Shown in pieces: positions 27,601 through 37,666 of a stretch of 64,000 nt of DNA. Position numbers and translations under genes: made by a program. Position 1 is the first letter of the stretch; every line of letters begins with the position of its first letter. The stretch lies in NCBI GenBank assembly GCA_964420555.1, contig CAYQTT010000019.1, positions 19,154 to 83,153 on the forward strand, given 5' to 3'. The notes beneath the pieces were generated by a model. It searched no databases. It was not told the DNA's origin and was given only the letters and a program-made list of their open reading frames with translations. The stretch comes from an uncultured Lentimicrobiaceae bacterium. GTDB lineage: Bacteria > Bacteroidota > Bacteroidia > Bacteroidales > UBA4417.

Positions 27601-28296
27601 TTAACTGCTCACAACCAATCGGTATCCAATATTGTGAATATTCTCGATTTTAACTTTAGGATCCGATTGAAGCAGTTTCCGCAAACGGGAAATAAACACA
27701 TCGAGGCTGCGGCTTGAGAAAAAATGATCATTGCCCCAAACCTTATTAAGTATATCATCGCGTTTGAGAATGGTGCCTGTATTTGAACAAAAATAAGCAA
27801 GCAGTTCTGCTTCCCGATGCGTAAGCGGATGTGAGCCACTTTCATTCTTCAGAAATTGTCCATTTTGCGAAAAGGTAAAATTCCCGATGCTGAAGATCAT
27901 TTCTTTCTGCATTCGTGAAGTATCAATGTTGCTTCGTTTCAGAAAGACCTCAATTTTAAGGATCAGTTCTTCGATACTAAAAGGCTTTGTGATATAATCG
28001 TCAGCGCCTAATTGCAATCCGTATATTTTATCGTCGCGAGTTGATTTAGCCGAAAGAAAAAGTATTGGCACCGCTTCGTTTTTTTCGCGGATTTTACGTG
28101 CCAAGGTGTAACCGTCAATTTTCGGAAGCATTACATCCAATATGTAAAGATCGTAATTCCCTGTATTTATCTTATCGTAAGCCGCAATGCCATCATCACA
28201 GGATTCAACCGTGTAGCCAGCCCTTTCGAGGTTATCGCGCGTTACGAAGCTAAGGGTAAGATCGTCCTCAACATATAAAATCCGTGCATTTTTCAT
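27601..28296 (-). CDS. OmpR/PhoB-family response regulator
   Basis: Receiver domain (ILYVEDDLTL, LYILDVMLPKIDG) plus winged-helix domain (LTHREAELLAYF...LDVFISRLRKLL...GYRL). Confidence 0.9.
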   Translation of the reverse strand: MKNARILYVEDDLTLSFVTRDNLERAGYTVESCDDGIAAYDKINTGNYDLYILDVMLPKIDGYTLARKIREKNEAVPILFLSAKSTRDDKIYGLQLGADDYITKPFSIEELILKIEVFLKRSNIDTSRMQKEMIFSIGNFTFSQNGQFLKNESGSHPLTHREAELLAYFCSNTGTILKRDDILNKVWGNDHFFSSRSLDVFISRLRKLLQSDPKVKIENIHNIGYRLVVSS

Positions 28297-29570
28297 TTTC
28301 CAGGTTGTTTTAAGGCGATTTCGAGTATAAAGGCTGATCCTTTGGCCGGGGAAGGATCAAGGTTTATTTTCCAGTGATGCGCGTCGCATATACTTTTCAC
28401 GTAAAAAAGTCCGAGACCAAAACCTTTCACATCATGAACATTAGCTGTCGGAATACGGTAAAATTTCTGGAAAACCCTTTTATGAAGAGCTTTAGGTATT
28501 CCCGGCCCATTATCACTAATAGTAACTATTGCTTTTCGAGACTTCAGGATGGAATGAATCCTGATTACAGGCGAATCGCCGGCATATTTTACTGCATTAT
28601 CGAGCAGGTTATACAGAATATTTGTCAGATGGTTACGATCAGCTTCTACATAAACAGCTTCACCTGCGAGATCAGTAGTAATTGACACTTTCTCCCGGTG
28701 ATTAGCAAGGCAATTCTCAACAACCTTATTTATTACTTCATACAAATCTATGATTTCCAATCGAAGGTGAATACCACTTTTTTCAATTCTGGCTATTTGC
28801 AAAACCTTATCTACCTGATCATTAAGCCTCGATACTTCCTGTTTTATAACAGATCCATAAGTAAGTATGCGCGCTGGCTCATTAATAGAATCCGGATTCG
28901 AAATTACATCGGCAGCAATATTTATACTCGCAATAGGAGTTTTAAATTCGTGAGTCATGTTATTTATAAAATCGCGCTGCAATTCCGAAAGCTTTTTCTG
29001 ATTCAGTATAACAAATATGGCGTATGCGAAGAATATAAGTGACACTGCTAAAATGCCGGCAAGGAAAAACCAGATGGTCATATCACCTGCAATAGTATTG
29101 GTAAGAAGTGGGAAATTGACTCCGAAATAATAATTGTAACCGCTGTATTTTGGCAGATCGACTGTTAAGGCATTCTGCTTAACAATTCCGTTGTGAAAAA
29201 GGTAATTCCCGTATTCCATCGCATCTGTTTCGCAGTTATAAATACCATATTCGAAATCGGTTTGTATATTGTATTTCTCAAATTCCAGTTTGAGATAATG
29301 TTCCAGGATATTTGCATCAATTTCGCTGTTCACATCCACTACAAAATAATTCGACGATAATTGCCTGACCGGATTGGGTGTTGAAGGCATGGTATGATTA
29401 AACTCATAAATTTTTGCGGCCACATTTCGCAGGCTTATAGTAACGGTTTGTGCAAATTGCTTTTCCTTATTGCTCCACTCCTTTTTCATAAAATAAACCT
29501 GGATACCAATTATTCCAATAATGGCAATTGCACCCAACAAAACAACATACCTGATATGCCTGTACTTCAT
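28293..29570 (-). CDS. sensor histidine kinase (HisKA + HATPase_c)
   Basis: Two TM segments. H box MTHEFKTPIASI, N box NLLDNAVKY, G boxes DNGPGI and GFGLGL. 4-nt overlap with the regulator gene. Confidence 0.9.
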   Translation of the reverse strand: MKYRHIRYVVLLGAIAIIGIIGIQVYFMKKEWSNKEKQFAQTVTISLRNVAAKIYEFNHTMPSTPNPVRQLSSNYFVVDVNSEIDANILEHYLKLEFEKYNIQTDFEYGIYNCETDAMEYGNYLFHNGIVKQNALTVDLPKYSGYNYYFGVNFPLLTNTIAGDMTIWFFLAGILAVSLIFFAYAIFVILNQKKLSELQRDFINNMTHEFKTPIASINIAADVISNPDSINEPARILTYGSVIKQEVSRLNDQVDKVLQIARIEKSGIHLRLEIIDLYEVINKVVENCLANHREKVSITTDLAGEAVYVEADRNHLTNILYNLLDNAVKYAGDSPVIRIHSILKSRKAIVTISDNGPGIPKALHKRVFQKFYRIPTANVHDVKGFGLGLFYVKSICDAHHWKINLDPSPAKGSAFILEIALKQPGK

Positions 29571-29638
29571 CAGTACCTTTTTTAATGAAAGGATAAAAAT
29601 AACTTATTTTCCTGAGCGGGTCAGGAATTTACATTTCA

Positions 29639-29679
29639 TTTACAAACTTTTACAAATCGTTTGATTTGTTTTACAAATC
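29639..29679. promoter_or_regulatory. operator-like cluster: three TTTACAAAY direct repeats plus an embedded 7-bp inverted repeat
   Basis: TTTACAAAC at 29639, TTTACAAATC at 29649 and at 29670 (offsets of 10 and 21 bp). ACAAATC-gttt-GATTTGT palindrome at 29652..29669. It lies in the divergent spacer between the OmpR-type TCS operon and the DUF1573 gene. Confidence 0.35.
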
Positions 29680-29738
29680 CTTTAATCTGATTCGAAAAAA
29701 TCATATCATCTTTGCATAAACAAACAAAACATAAAACG

Positions 29739-30170
29739 ATGAAAAAACTGATTCTACTCGCTTTTGTATTATCTCTTGGCTTCAGCCAGGTATATGCCCA
29801 AAACATGAATCCCGGAGTTGTTACCGAAGCCAACTCTGCAGTAAACCCCAATGCTCCAAAAGCAAAATTCAACAAAACAACCAGCGATTTTGGTGAAATT
29901 GAACAAGGCATTCCTAAAGAAGCTGAATTCAAACTGACTAACGAAGGGAAAGAGCCATTGATTATTCAAACTGCCAAGGCTGGTTGCGGTTGTACCAACC
30001 TGAAATATTCGCAGGAACCTATTTTACCCGGCAAATCAACCATTATTGCAGCAACTTACAATGCTGCTGCAATGGGTCAGTTCAGTAAAAGTATAACAGT
30101 TACCACCAATGCATCGCCAAACCCGGTAATGCTAATTATTAAAGGAACTGTGGTCGGAAAAAAGCAATAG
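29739..30170 (+). CDS. DUF1573 domain protein (secreted)
   Basis: Signal peptide MKKLILLAFVLSLGFSQVYAQ. FDFGEIEQG...AGCGCTN...PG..T motif set of DUF1573. ATG at 29739 preferred over the TTG at 29712. Confidence 0.8.
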   Translation: MKKLILLAFVLSLGFSQVYAQNMNPGVVTEANSAVNPNAPKAKFNKTTSDFGEIEQGIPKEAEFKLTNEGKEPLIIQTAKAGCGCTNLKYSQEPILPGKSTIIAATYNAAAMGQFSKSITVTTNASPNPVMLIIKGTVVGKKQ

Positions 30171-30192
30171 TCTTCCCAAAATTTCAATAAGT

Positions 30193-30228
30193 AAAGCGGC
30201 CGAATGATGAGTTCAGCCGCTTTATTTT
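30193..30228. terminator. bidirectional terminator between DUF1573 and Arc genes
   Basis: AAAGCGGC(C)GAA-tgatgag-TTC(A)GCCGCTTT followed by ATTTT. It sits between convergent stops. Confidence 0.7.
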
Positions 30229-30409
30229 ATTTATCAATATCTGTTTCATCCTCCCCCGATGAAGGTTTTCGGTGCGAATCCTTTAATGCTTTGGAAATAA
30301 TCCACTCCAATTGCCCGTTGGTACTGCGAAATTCGTCCGCAGCCCATCGTTCAATGGCTGCATAAACTTCCTCATCCAAACGGAGGGCAAAAACTTTTTT
30401 CTTCGCCAT
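30227..30409 (-). CDS. Arc/MetJ-type ribbon-helix-helix DNA-binding protein
   Basis: FALRLDEEVYAAIERWAADEFRSTNGQLEWIISKAL fits the Arc-like RHH pattern. The start overlaps the stop of the upstream gene. Confidence 0.65.
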   Translation of the reverse strand: MAKKKVFALRLDEEVYAAIERWAADEFRSTNGQLEWIISKALKDSHRKPSSGEDETDIDK

Positions 30410-30954
30410 TACATTCCATATTTATTTTTATCGACGAGCATCATTTTATCGATAGCCCGTTTCATTTCATTCTCCTGTCGGGTGCCAAACAAAATCTGAC
30501 TTCCATTCTTCAACACCACCCTCATTCCAACATTGCCACTGATGTTATAAGCTGTTTTCCGGGCAAAAAACTTCTTTCGTACACCCCAGCCTCCAAATTC
30601 AGTAAGGGGCTTGTATTTGGCTACTTCAACCGAGGCGATTTCAGTGAGAGGAATATGTTTCATTTTTCGCACAAATGGCGCAAACTTATAACGAATCCCA
30701 TCCGACCAGATTTCAGTAATCAGTTTTCGGTTCAGGATAAAAAGGAATGTGCCACTCATTACAACAATTGAAATTATACTGCCCCAGATTAATTCTTGTT
30801 TGCTCGTCCCATCATCAGGTGTTTGGCCTAAATAAAGCTGCTGGTACATTGCCACACCAAATCCGGCAATAACAGCAACTATAACTGCAAGCATTAGCCA
30901 GGGAACAAATGATTGCCTGAATGACTGTTCTTCACTAAAAATGATGCGTTCCAT
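30409..30954 (-). CDS. two-TM membrane protein with PH-like C-terminal domain (family not recognised)
   Basis: Two hydrophobic helices (WLMLAVIVAVIAGFGVAMY, IISIVVMSGTFLFIL) followed by a beta-rich soluble domain. Tightly packed between the SPFH and Arc genes. Confidence 0.6.
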   Translation of the reverse strand: MERIIFSEEQSFRQSFVPWLMLAVIVAVIAGFGVAMYQQLYLGQTPDDGTSKQELIWGSIISIVVMSGTFLFILNRKLITEIWSDGIRYKFAPFVRKMKHIPLTEIASVEVAKYKPLTEFGGWGVRKKFFARKTAYNISGNVGMRVVLKNGSQILFGTRQENEMKRAIDKMMLVDKNKYGM

Positions 30955-30959
30955 TTTAC

Positions 30960-31826
30960 TTAATAAATTGAACCGGCATTTACCACCGGCGACGCATCCT
31001 TATCCGAGCATAAAACCACAAGCAAATTGCTCACCATCACAGCTTTGCGTTCATCGTCGAGCTCAACAATTTTGCGTTCCGAAAGTTTATTTAAAGCCAT
31101 TTCGACCATACTAACAGCACCTTCAACAATTTTGGTGCGCGCTGCAACCACGGCAGTAGCCTGCTGGCGCTTGAGCATAGCCTGAGCAATTTCAGATGAA
31201 TAGGCAAGGTGGGCGATACGCGCTTCAATCACGTTTATACCTGCTATATGTAGCCGTTCAGCAAGTTCTTTTTCCAGAACATGATTTACTTCCTCGCCGC
31301 CACCACGAAGTGTGATTTCGGTAAGTTCATCATCAAAATTATCATAGGCATAATGCCCGGCAAGTTTTCGTACAGCCGACTCACTTTGTATTTCGACAAA
31401 ACGCAGATAATCATCAACCTGAAATGCAGCTTTAAACGTTTCCTCCACTTTCCAAACAAGTACAATACCAATCATAATCGGATTGCCTAACTTGTCATTT
31501 ACTTTAAGCAATTCGCTGTTAAAATTACGTGCCCGTAGTGACACTTTCTTTTTAACATAGAAGGGATTAAGCCAATAGAAACCATTACTTTTTAAAGTTC
31601 CTTTGTATGCGCCAAAGAGAGTTAGAACTGATGACTCATTTGGATTAATAACAAGGAACCCGGCAGAAACGAATGCAGCCAGAACCAGGAACAGTGGCCC
31701 AAGTATTACTGCAAAAAGCTGATCGTTGAACATTGCAAGCAGTGAAATTCCGCCTGCGACCAAAACAAGAATAACTAACAGGCCCACATAGCCTGATGAT
31801 GTTGAGTTAAATTTTTCTTTTTCCAT
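30960..31826 (-). CDS. SPFH/Band-7 domain protein
   Basis: N-terminal TM helices then an SPFH core ([16 protein letters not shown]...[21 protein letters not shown]...[10 protein letters not shown]). Confidence 0.85.
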   Translation of the reverse strand: MEKEKFNSTSSGYVGLLVILVLVAGGISLLAMFNDQLFAVILGPLFLVLAAFVSAGFLVINPNESSVLTLFGAYKGTLKSNGFYWLNPFYVKKKVSLRARNFNSELLKVNDKLGNPIMIGIVLVWKVEETFKAAFQVDDYLRFVEIQSESAVRKLAGHYAYDNFDDELTEITLRGGGEEVNHVLEKELAERLHIAGINVIEARIAHLAYSSEIAQAMLKRQQATAVVAARTKIVEGAVSMVEMALNKLSERKIVELDDERKAVMVSNLLVVLCSDKDASPVVNAGSIY

Positions 31827-31919
31827 TTTATTATGATATTATTTTGATATTGCAATAATACAACATTATTAGTCATTTTTGACAAAACCCATTAAATTTT
31901 TTTTCTAATTTGTAAGAAT

Positions 31920-31927
31920 TACTTTTG
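31920..31927 (+). promoter_or_regulatory. -7 promoter box for the HAD hydrolase gene
   Basis: TACTTTTG, 21 nt upstream of the ATG at 31948. Confidence 0.5.
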
Positions 31928-31947
31928 CAACTTATTCAATAGCAACT

Positions 31948-32646
31948 ATGGGAAAAACTTATAAGCATATCTTTTTTGATCTTGATCATACATTATGGGA
32001 TTTTGAGCGCAACGCAGAGGAAACAAAGCGCGAGATGTTCGAAAATTTTCAATTAAAAGCAAAAGGAATAGAAAGTTATGAAAGATTTAGGGAAAAGTAC
32101 GTAGTAATCAATCAGGCTTTATGGGCGCAGTACCGGGAGGACAAGATAGAAAAGGACGAGTTGAATTTTCGCCGGTTTTATAATACCTTAGTTTTATTCG
32201 GTGTAAATGACCGAAAATTAGGAGAAGAAATGGCCGGAGCTTTCATTAAAGGAATTACTTCAAAAACATACCTTTTTCCTTATACCCGCGAATTACTTGA
32301 TTACCTCTTCGCTAAATACCCGTTGCATATAATAACTAATGGTTTTGAAGAAGTTCAATACGGGAAACTGAAGAACTCGGGACTTGGAAAATATTTTACA
32401 ACAATAATTACGAGCGAGGCCGCAGGATCAAAGAAACCTGACTCTGAAATATTCCGATATGCTCTTCAGGAAGCTGGAGCCGAAGCTGCAGAAAGTATAA
32501 TGATAGGTGATGATCTTGAAATTGATATTGCTGGCGCCCGCCAGATGGGTATTGACCAGATATATGTAAATCACGATAACAAAAAGCACACAGAAAGGAC
32601 TACTATGGAAGTTTTTTCTCTCGACGAAATAATAAATTTGCTATAA
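31948..32646 (+). CDS. HAD-superfamily hydrolase, YjjG-like nucleotidase
   Basis: HAD motif I IFFDLDHTLWDF, motif II ITNG, motif III/IV KKPD...IGDD. Confidence 0.85.
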   Translation: MGKTYKHIFFDLDHTLWDFERNAEETKREMFENFQLKAKGIESYERFREKYVVINQALWAQYREDKIEKDELNFRRFYNTLVLFGVNDRKLGEEMAGAFIKGITSKTYLFPYTRELLDYLFAKYPLHIITNGFEEVQYGKLKNSGLGKYFTTIITSEAAGSKKPDSEIFRYALQEAGAEAAESIMIGDDLEIDIAGARQMGIDQIYVNHDNKKHTERTTMEVFSLDEIINLL

Positions 32647-32656
32647 AAAAGAACAT

Positions 32657-32689
32657 AAAAAAAACCCACTGAATAAAAGTGGGTTTTTT
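32657..32689. terminator. bidirectional terminator between the HAD gene and the Cys-rich gene
   Basis: AAAAAACCCACT-gaataaa-AGTGGGTTTTTT. Confidence 0.85.
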
Positions 32690-32707
32690 ATTTCTTAAAG
32701 ATTAAGA

Positions 32708-33016
32708 TTAATTCTTTTTTGGAACCGGAGCTACTTCAGTTTTAGCTTCGCCTTTGCTGCAACAACCTTTTGCTGCTGCAGTACCGCTGCATGACTTTGC
32801 GCAGTCCGCTTTGGTTGCTGATTCGGAGCAAGCTGCTGAAGATTTAGCTTCAGTTTTTGAGCAGCATGATTTTCCGGAAGCTGGTGCTTCTTTACTTGAG
32901 CTAACTTTTTCTGTTTTTGCTTTTTCAGCAGTAGTAACTTTTTGTGCCGAAACAGTTGAAACTGTGAAAGCAAAAATCAGGGTGAAAAGCGAAATTACGA
33001 GAGCAACTTTTTTCAT
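32708..33016 (-). CDS. secreted low-complexity Cys/Ala/Lys/Ser-rich protein
   Basis: Signal peptide MKKVALVISLFTLIFAFTVSTVSAQ, then an A/K/S/T-rich region with 8 Cys including two CC pairs (SCCSK, GCCSK). Other frames are also open because of low complexity, so the coding call is moderate. Confidence 0.5.
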   Translation of the reverse strand: MKKVALVISLFTLIFAFTVSTVSAQKVTTAEKAKTEKVSSSKEAPASGKSCCSKTEAKSSAACSESATKADCAKSCSGTAAAKGCCSKGEAKTEVAPVPKKN

Positions 33017-33116
33017 AGTTATAATTTGTTTAATGGTTTCGATTAATTAGAACGCAAAAGTATGTTGATTTGTTGGACAAACAAGTCAATATTTTGTTAA
33101 AAAGATGTTAATGATT

Positions 33117-33788
33117 TTAACGCTCTCCAGCGTCCAGTGTAGCAATCACAGAAATACCACCCTTTACCTTCTGCTCCAGCTGCACATTAAGCTTTGAATC
33201 GAGAGGAAGAAAAAGATCAACCCTGCTGCCAAATTTGATAAAACCAAGTTCACGACCCTGCTCAATTCGCTCGTCAGGTTTCGAATAGCAAACTATACGG
33301 CGGGCAAGTGCGCCTGCTATCTGGCGTACCATAATTGGTCCATAAACAGGGTGTTCAACAACAACTGTGTTCCGCTCATTTTCAGTGGACGATTTCGGAT
33401 GCCAGGCCACCAGAAACGAACCTGGCCAGTAGTTTGTATATACAATTTTACCCGAAACAGGATACCGGTTTACGTGTACATTGTTAGGTGACATAAAGAC
33501 GGAAACCTGAAGGCGTTTGTCATTAAAAAATTCATCGACAACAACTTCCTCAATAGCCACAACGGTACCATCTGCTGGGCAAAGCACAATATCAGCTCCC
33601 TGCACCAGTTCGCGTTTTGGCATTCGAAAAAACCTCACAACACTAACAAGGAGGAAAAGCAAACCAGCGTAAATCAGGTAATGGTAAAGCGTGATTACAG
33701 GGAAAAAATAATTGATAGAAACAGCTAATACAGCTATCAATATTGTTACAGCTGCAATACTGTTATACCCCTCTTTGTGTATTTTCAT
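33117..33788 (-). CDS. psd: phosphatidylserine decarboxylase proenzyme
   Basis: N-terminal TM region. Short-form Psd family with the FGSR self-cleavage motif (GFIKFGSRVDLFLP). Confidence 0.9.
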   Translation of the reverse strand: MKIHKEGYNSIAAVTILIAVLAVSINYFFPVITLYHYLIYAGLLFLLVSVVRFFRMPKRELVQGADIVLCPADGTVVAIEEVVVDEFFNDKRLQVSVFMSPNNVHVNRYPVSGKIVYTNYWPGSFLVAWHPKSSTENERNTVVVEHPVYGPIMVRQIAGALARRIVCYSKPDERIEQGRELGFIKFGSRVDLFLPLDSKLNVQLEQKVKGGISVIATLDAGER

Positions 33789-33806
33789 TAAATGTCAGAG
33801 TGTTAA

Positions 33807-34634
33807 TTACCGGCAAAAGAGCGCCAAATATACGAATACAAACGGTGCCGACAGCAATACAGCATCAAAACGATCGAGTATTCCTCCGTGACCGGGCAAA
33901 ATATCACCCGAATCTTTAATTCCAAGGCTTCTTTTAAGCATGGATTCAACCAGATCGCCAAGTGTTCCGGTAACTACAATTATTATTGCTAACACCATCC
34001 ATTGCAAATCGCTTAGCTGGTTAAAAATAAATGAAAGTCCCCAGGCTGTGAGCAGCCCGAAAATAGCTCCTCCGGCACTCCCCTCCCATGTTTTACCTGG
34101 TGATATACGTTCGAAAAGTTTGTGCTTCCCAATCAGAGATCCTACAAAATAGGCCCCGGTATCGTTGAGCCATAGTATTAGCAGAAATCCTAAAACAATC
34201 CCAAAGTGTTTGTATCCCGAAAGAATGACCGGATCAAAGAAATACATCATTAACCCGAAAGGCATTGCAATATACATGACACCCGCAATACTCATAGCAA
34301 TATTGACAAATGGATGTTGTTTATTCCGCCAGAGTTCAATAATGAACAGCATAAAAATGGCAGGAATTATAACGAATAATCCTTCAGGAGCAATAAGACC
34401 CATAGCATTTGCAGTAAGAATACCATAGGTGAAACCACCTGCTATGAGAGTAGGCCAAAGAGCAGGTTTTACTTTTTCGCTTGTAACAATAGTCAAAAAC
34501 TCATTCAGGCTGAGGATAGTAACAATAAACATCAGAACGGAGAACACATTTTGCCCGAGCAAAACCGAACCCACCATAACAATGACAAAGAAAACTGCCG
34601 TCAGCGAGCGTGTAGCTAGATTATTCACCTTCAA
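33807..34634 (-). CDS. cdsA: phosphatidate cytidylyltransferase
   Basis: Polytopic membrane protein with the C-terminal CdsA signature SMLKRSLGIKDSGDILPGHGGILDRFD. Confidence 0.9.
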   Translation of the reverse strand: MKVNNLATRSLTAVFFVIVMVGSVLLGQNVFSVLMFIVTILSLNEFLTIVTSEKVKPALWPTLIAGGFTYGILTANAMGLIAPEGLFVIIPAIFMLFIIELWRNKQHPFVNIAMSIAGVMYIAMPFGLMMYFFDPVILSGYKHFGIVLGFLLILWLNDTGAYFVGSLIGKHKLFERISPGKTWEGSAGGAIFGLLTAWGLSFIFNQLSDLQWMVLAIIIVVTGTLGDLVESMLKRSLGIKDSGDILPGHGGILDRFDAVLLSAPFVFVYLALFCR

Positions 34635-34830
34635 ATTTTAGAATTAGTTGTTTGGCTGCCAGCACATTTTCGGTAGGTACAAGCACTTCTATTTCGCCAA
34701 AACGGTATGTTGAATCCTGTTTATTCATGATTACGCATTCTATATCATGATCTTCCATAATATTGCGTACCATCTCAGCTTCGTAAATCTGGTTGGTGGT
34801 ATAAATAACTTCCCAATTGTCCATAGCCAC
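34621..34830 (-). CDS. DUF2007 domain protein
   Basis: 69-aa protein with the DUF2007 pattern (WEVIYTTNQIYEAEMVRNIMEDHDIECVIMN). Overlaps the cdsA start. Confidence 0.7.
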   Translation of the reverse strand: MAMDNWEVIYTTNQIYEAEMVRNIMEDHDIECVIMNKQDSTYRFGEIEVLVPTENVLAAKQLILKFEGE

Positions 34831-34833
34831 AGA

Positions 34834-35481
34834 TTATTCGTCAGAAGGCGGTGTTTCAATCAGGATAAGAAACAGTTCTCTGGGTCCATGCGCACCCATA
34901 ACCAGCGTTTTTTCAATATCGGCTGTCCGGCTTGGACCGGTGATTACCGATACCATCGATGGAAGTTTGCCCGAATATTTTTCCAGAATAGCGCTGAAAG
35001 CATCCTTTAAGTCGTCAACCAATTGATGAACATAGGCAATAACGACATGAGTTTCGGGGTATACATTCAGCCGGCGGCTGTTCCGCGACGAAACCATAAT
35101 ACTGCCCAGCCTGGCTACAACGAATTCGCATCCGGTAACACCTACCTTAAGCGCCTGAAGACTTTCTTCATCTGATTCGAATGGGATACCGGCCTGAGTA
35201 AGCATATATTGAAACTCAGGTTCAGTGCAATAAATATTATGCCAATTACACTCAGTGCTTAAGGCTGAAAGAGTGCTTACAGCCTCAGCTTCGTTTTCGC
35301 AATAAATAAAAACACCACCGGTTTTTGTAAATTCCTGTGCAAAATTCACATCAGAAGTGTCATTCATCGGCTTATAAACCGGCGAATCAAAATCAACCTG
35401 GGGATAAGGATTGTCAGTCTTATAAATTAAAGCGTGGCGTACTTTTTTAAGCACTTTTTCCCTCGATGTACTTTCTTCCAT
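34834..35481 (-). CDS. LUD-domain (LutC/YkgG-like) protein
   Basis: VTGCEFVVARLGSIMVSS and ITGPSRTADIE are typical of the LUD (lactate-utilisation C-like) domain. Confidence 0.8.
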   Translation of the reverse strand: MEESTSREKVLKKVRHALIYKTDNPYPQVDFDSPVYKPMNDTSDVNFAQEFTKTGGVFIYCENEAEAVSTLSALSTECNWHNIYCTEPEFQYMLTQAGIPFESDEESLQALKVGVTGCEFVVARLGSIMVSSRNSRRLNVYPETHVVIAYVHQLVDDLKDAFSAILEKYSGKLPSMVSVITGPSRTADIEKTLVMGAHGPRELFLILIETPPSDE

Positions 35482-35567
35482 TGGAGATTATAGTATTTAT
35501 CCTGACTAATTTATCTGACAGGGTAAATTTATATAATTTTCCCCGTCATATAACACTATACAGAAAC

Positions 35568-37649
35568 TTATAAAGTAGTTTCAGGCTTGTCGGGTTCAAT
35601 CGGTTCTTCAGACTTTTCAGCAGCAACTTCTGTAACTGCTTCAATTTTAGCTTCGGGCGCTTTTCGTTCGTTAGTTTCGCCGTTTCCGTTAATCATTAGG
35701 TGGTCATGATCGTCAAAAGGCCTTTTACCGAAAATTTTCTCAAGGTCTTCGCGGAAAATAACTTCTTTCTGAAGGAGAATTTCAGCTAACTGGTTCAGTT
35801 TTTCACGGTTATCGGAAAGCAGTTTTTTTGCTTTTTCGTATGATTCTTCAACCATCTTATGAATTTCCTGATCAATTATCTGTGCTGTTTGTTCGCTGAA
35901 TGGTTTCGAAAATGAGTATTCACTCTGACCTGACGAATCGTAATAGCTGATATTTCCAATCTTTTTATTTAATCCGTAGAACGCAACCATCGCGTAAGCT
36001 TGCTTGGTAACTTTTTCAAGATCGTTAAGCGCTCCGGTCGATATTTTGCCAAAAACAATTTCCTCGGCAGCTCGTCCTCCAAGAGTAGCAATCATTTCGT
36101 CAATCATTTGTTCGTATGTGGTTATCTGCCTTTCATCAGGCAGGTACCAGGCAGCTCCAAGAGCTTTCCCACGGGGCACAATAGTAACTTTAACAAGCGG
36201 ATGCGCATGTTCGAGCAACCAGCTCACAGCAGCATGACCTGATTCGTGGTAAGCAATAACTTTCTTTTCGGATAGTGAAATGATTTTATTCCTTTTCTCC
36301 AAGCCACCAACTATACGATCGATAGCATCGAGGAAATCCTGTTTATCAATTTGTTTTTTATCACCACGGGCTGCAATAAGAGCAGCTTCGTTACAAACAT
36401 TAGCAATATCAGCTCCCGAAAAACCGGGGGTTTGCTTGGCAAGGAATTCAACATTGGCTGAATCATCTTTTTTAAGATTACGCATATGTACCTTAAAAAT
36501 AGCTTTACGTTCCTCCAAATCAGGAAGTTCAATATATATCTGCCTGTCGAAACGCCCGGCACGCATTAAAGCGCGATCGAGAATATCGGCACGGTTAGTT
36601 GCGGCCAGAATAATTACACCGGCGTTGGTTTGAAATCCATCCATTTCGGTGAGAAGCTGATTGAGTGTATTTTCACGCTCATCATTTCCACCTGTCATAG
36701 CGCTTTTGCCACGGGCGCGCCCAACGGCATCAATTTCATCAATAAAAATAATACTTGGAGCTTTTTCTTTAGCCTGTTTAAAAAGATCACGCACACGCGA
36801 AGCGCCCACACCCACAAACATTTCGACAAAATCGGAGCCGGAGAGAGAGAAAAACGGAACTTTAGCTTCGCCTGCTACCGCTTTGGCAAGCAAGGTTTTA
36901 CCAGTACCCGGAGGACCAACAAGAAGAGCACCTTTAGGTATCTTTCCGCCCAGGTCGGTATATTTAGAAGGGTTTTTAAGGAACTCTACAATTTCCATTA
37001 CTTCAACTTTGGCTTCTTCCAGACCGGCAACATCGTTAAAATTTAACGAAACCATAGTGTCTTTATCAAAAAGCTGTGCTTTCGATTTTCCGATATTAAA
37101 TATCTGACCGCCACCGCCGGCACCGCCTTTGGTCATCATGCGCATAATTAGGAACCATAAACCTACGAGCACTACAATGGGTAAGATCCAACTTAACAGA
37201 TCGCCACCCCAGTTTTTTCGGGTTTCATTCTTAACGTAAACAGGCGTAGGAAGAGCGGCCTGTACTTCGCGAATGTCTTTCTCAAAAGTTTCGACAGAAC
37301 CGATCTGATACACATAATGCGGAGTAGCTGCAGCCAGCGAATTGGCAGGTTTCAGGTCTTTGTATTTGGGAAGGCTGAGTTTATCTTTCTTAATATAAAT
37401 TTCAGCATGATCCTTATTTACAAGTATCAGTTTTTCAATTTCCTGGTTTACAAGCATTTCCTTTAATTCGCCCCAACCTAATTCTTTTGGTGCCCCACCC
37501 ATGTTATTAAGGTAAAGTCCAAATAGAATGACGCCAAGAATCCCATAAATCCAGTAAAAATTGAATTTAATATTGGGCATTTTCGGCATTTTCGGTCCAC
37601 CGGAATCCTGTGGTTTATCTTTTTTGGTATTCTTTATATCGTCGCTCAT
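35568..37649 (-). CDS. ftsH: ATP-dependent zinc metalloprotease FtsH
   Basis: Walker [19 protein letters not shown], Walker [10 protein letters not shown], second region of homology, zinc motif HESGHA. Confidence 0.97.
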   Translation of the reverse strand: MSDDIKNTKKDKPQDSGGPKMPKMPNIKFNFYWIYGILGVILFGLYLNNMGGAPKELGWGELKEMLVNQEIEKLILVNKDHAEIYIKKDKLSLPKYKDLKPANSLAAATPHYVYQIGSVETFEKDIREVQAALPTPVYVKNETRKNWGGDLLSWILPIVVLVGLWFLIMRMMTKGGAGGGGQIFNIGKSKAQLFDKDTMVSLNFNDVAGLEEAKVEVMEIVEFLKNPSKYTDLGGKIPKGALLVGPPGTGKTLLAKAVAGEAKVPFFSLSGSDFVEMFVGVGASRVRDLFKQAKEKAPSIIFIDEIDAVGRARGKSAMTGGNDERENTLNQLLTEMDGFQTNAGVIILAATNRADILDRALMRAGRFDRQIYIELPDLEERKAIFKVHMRNLKKDDSANVEFLAKQTPGFSGADIANVCNEAALIAARGDKKQIDKQDFLDAIDRIVGGLEKRNKIISLSEKKVIAYHESGHAAVSWLLEHAHPLVKVTIVPRGKALGAAWYLPDERQITTYEQMIDEMIATLGGRAAEEIVFGKISTGALNDLEKVTKQAYAMVAFYGLNKKIGNISYYDSSGQSEYSFSKPFSEQTAQIIDQEIHKMVEESYEKAKKLLSDNREKLNQLAEILLQKEVIFREDLEKIFGKRPFDDHDHLMINGNGETNERKAPEAKIEAVTEVAAEKSEEPIEPDKPETTL

Positions 37650-37666
37650 TATACGTTATTCTAAGA

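Noticed and set aside
32731-33050. Overlapping ORFs 32731..32973 (-) and 32754..33050 (+) over the Cys-rich gene
   Set aside because: They are open only because of GCN-rich low complexity. Only the 32708..33016 frame has a start codon followed by a convincing signal peptide.
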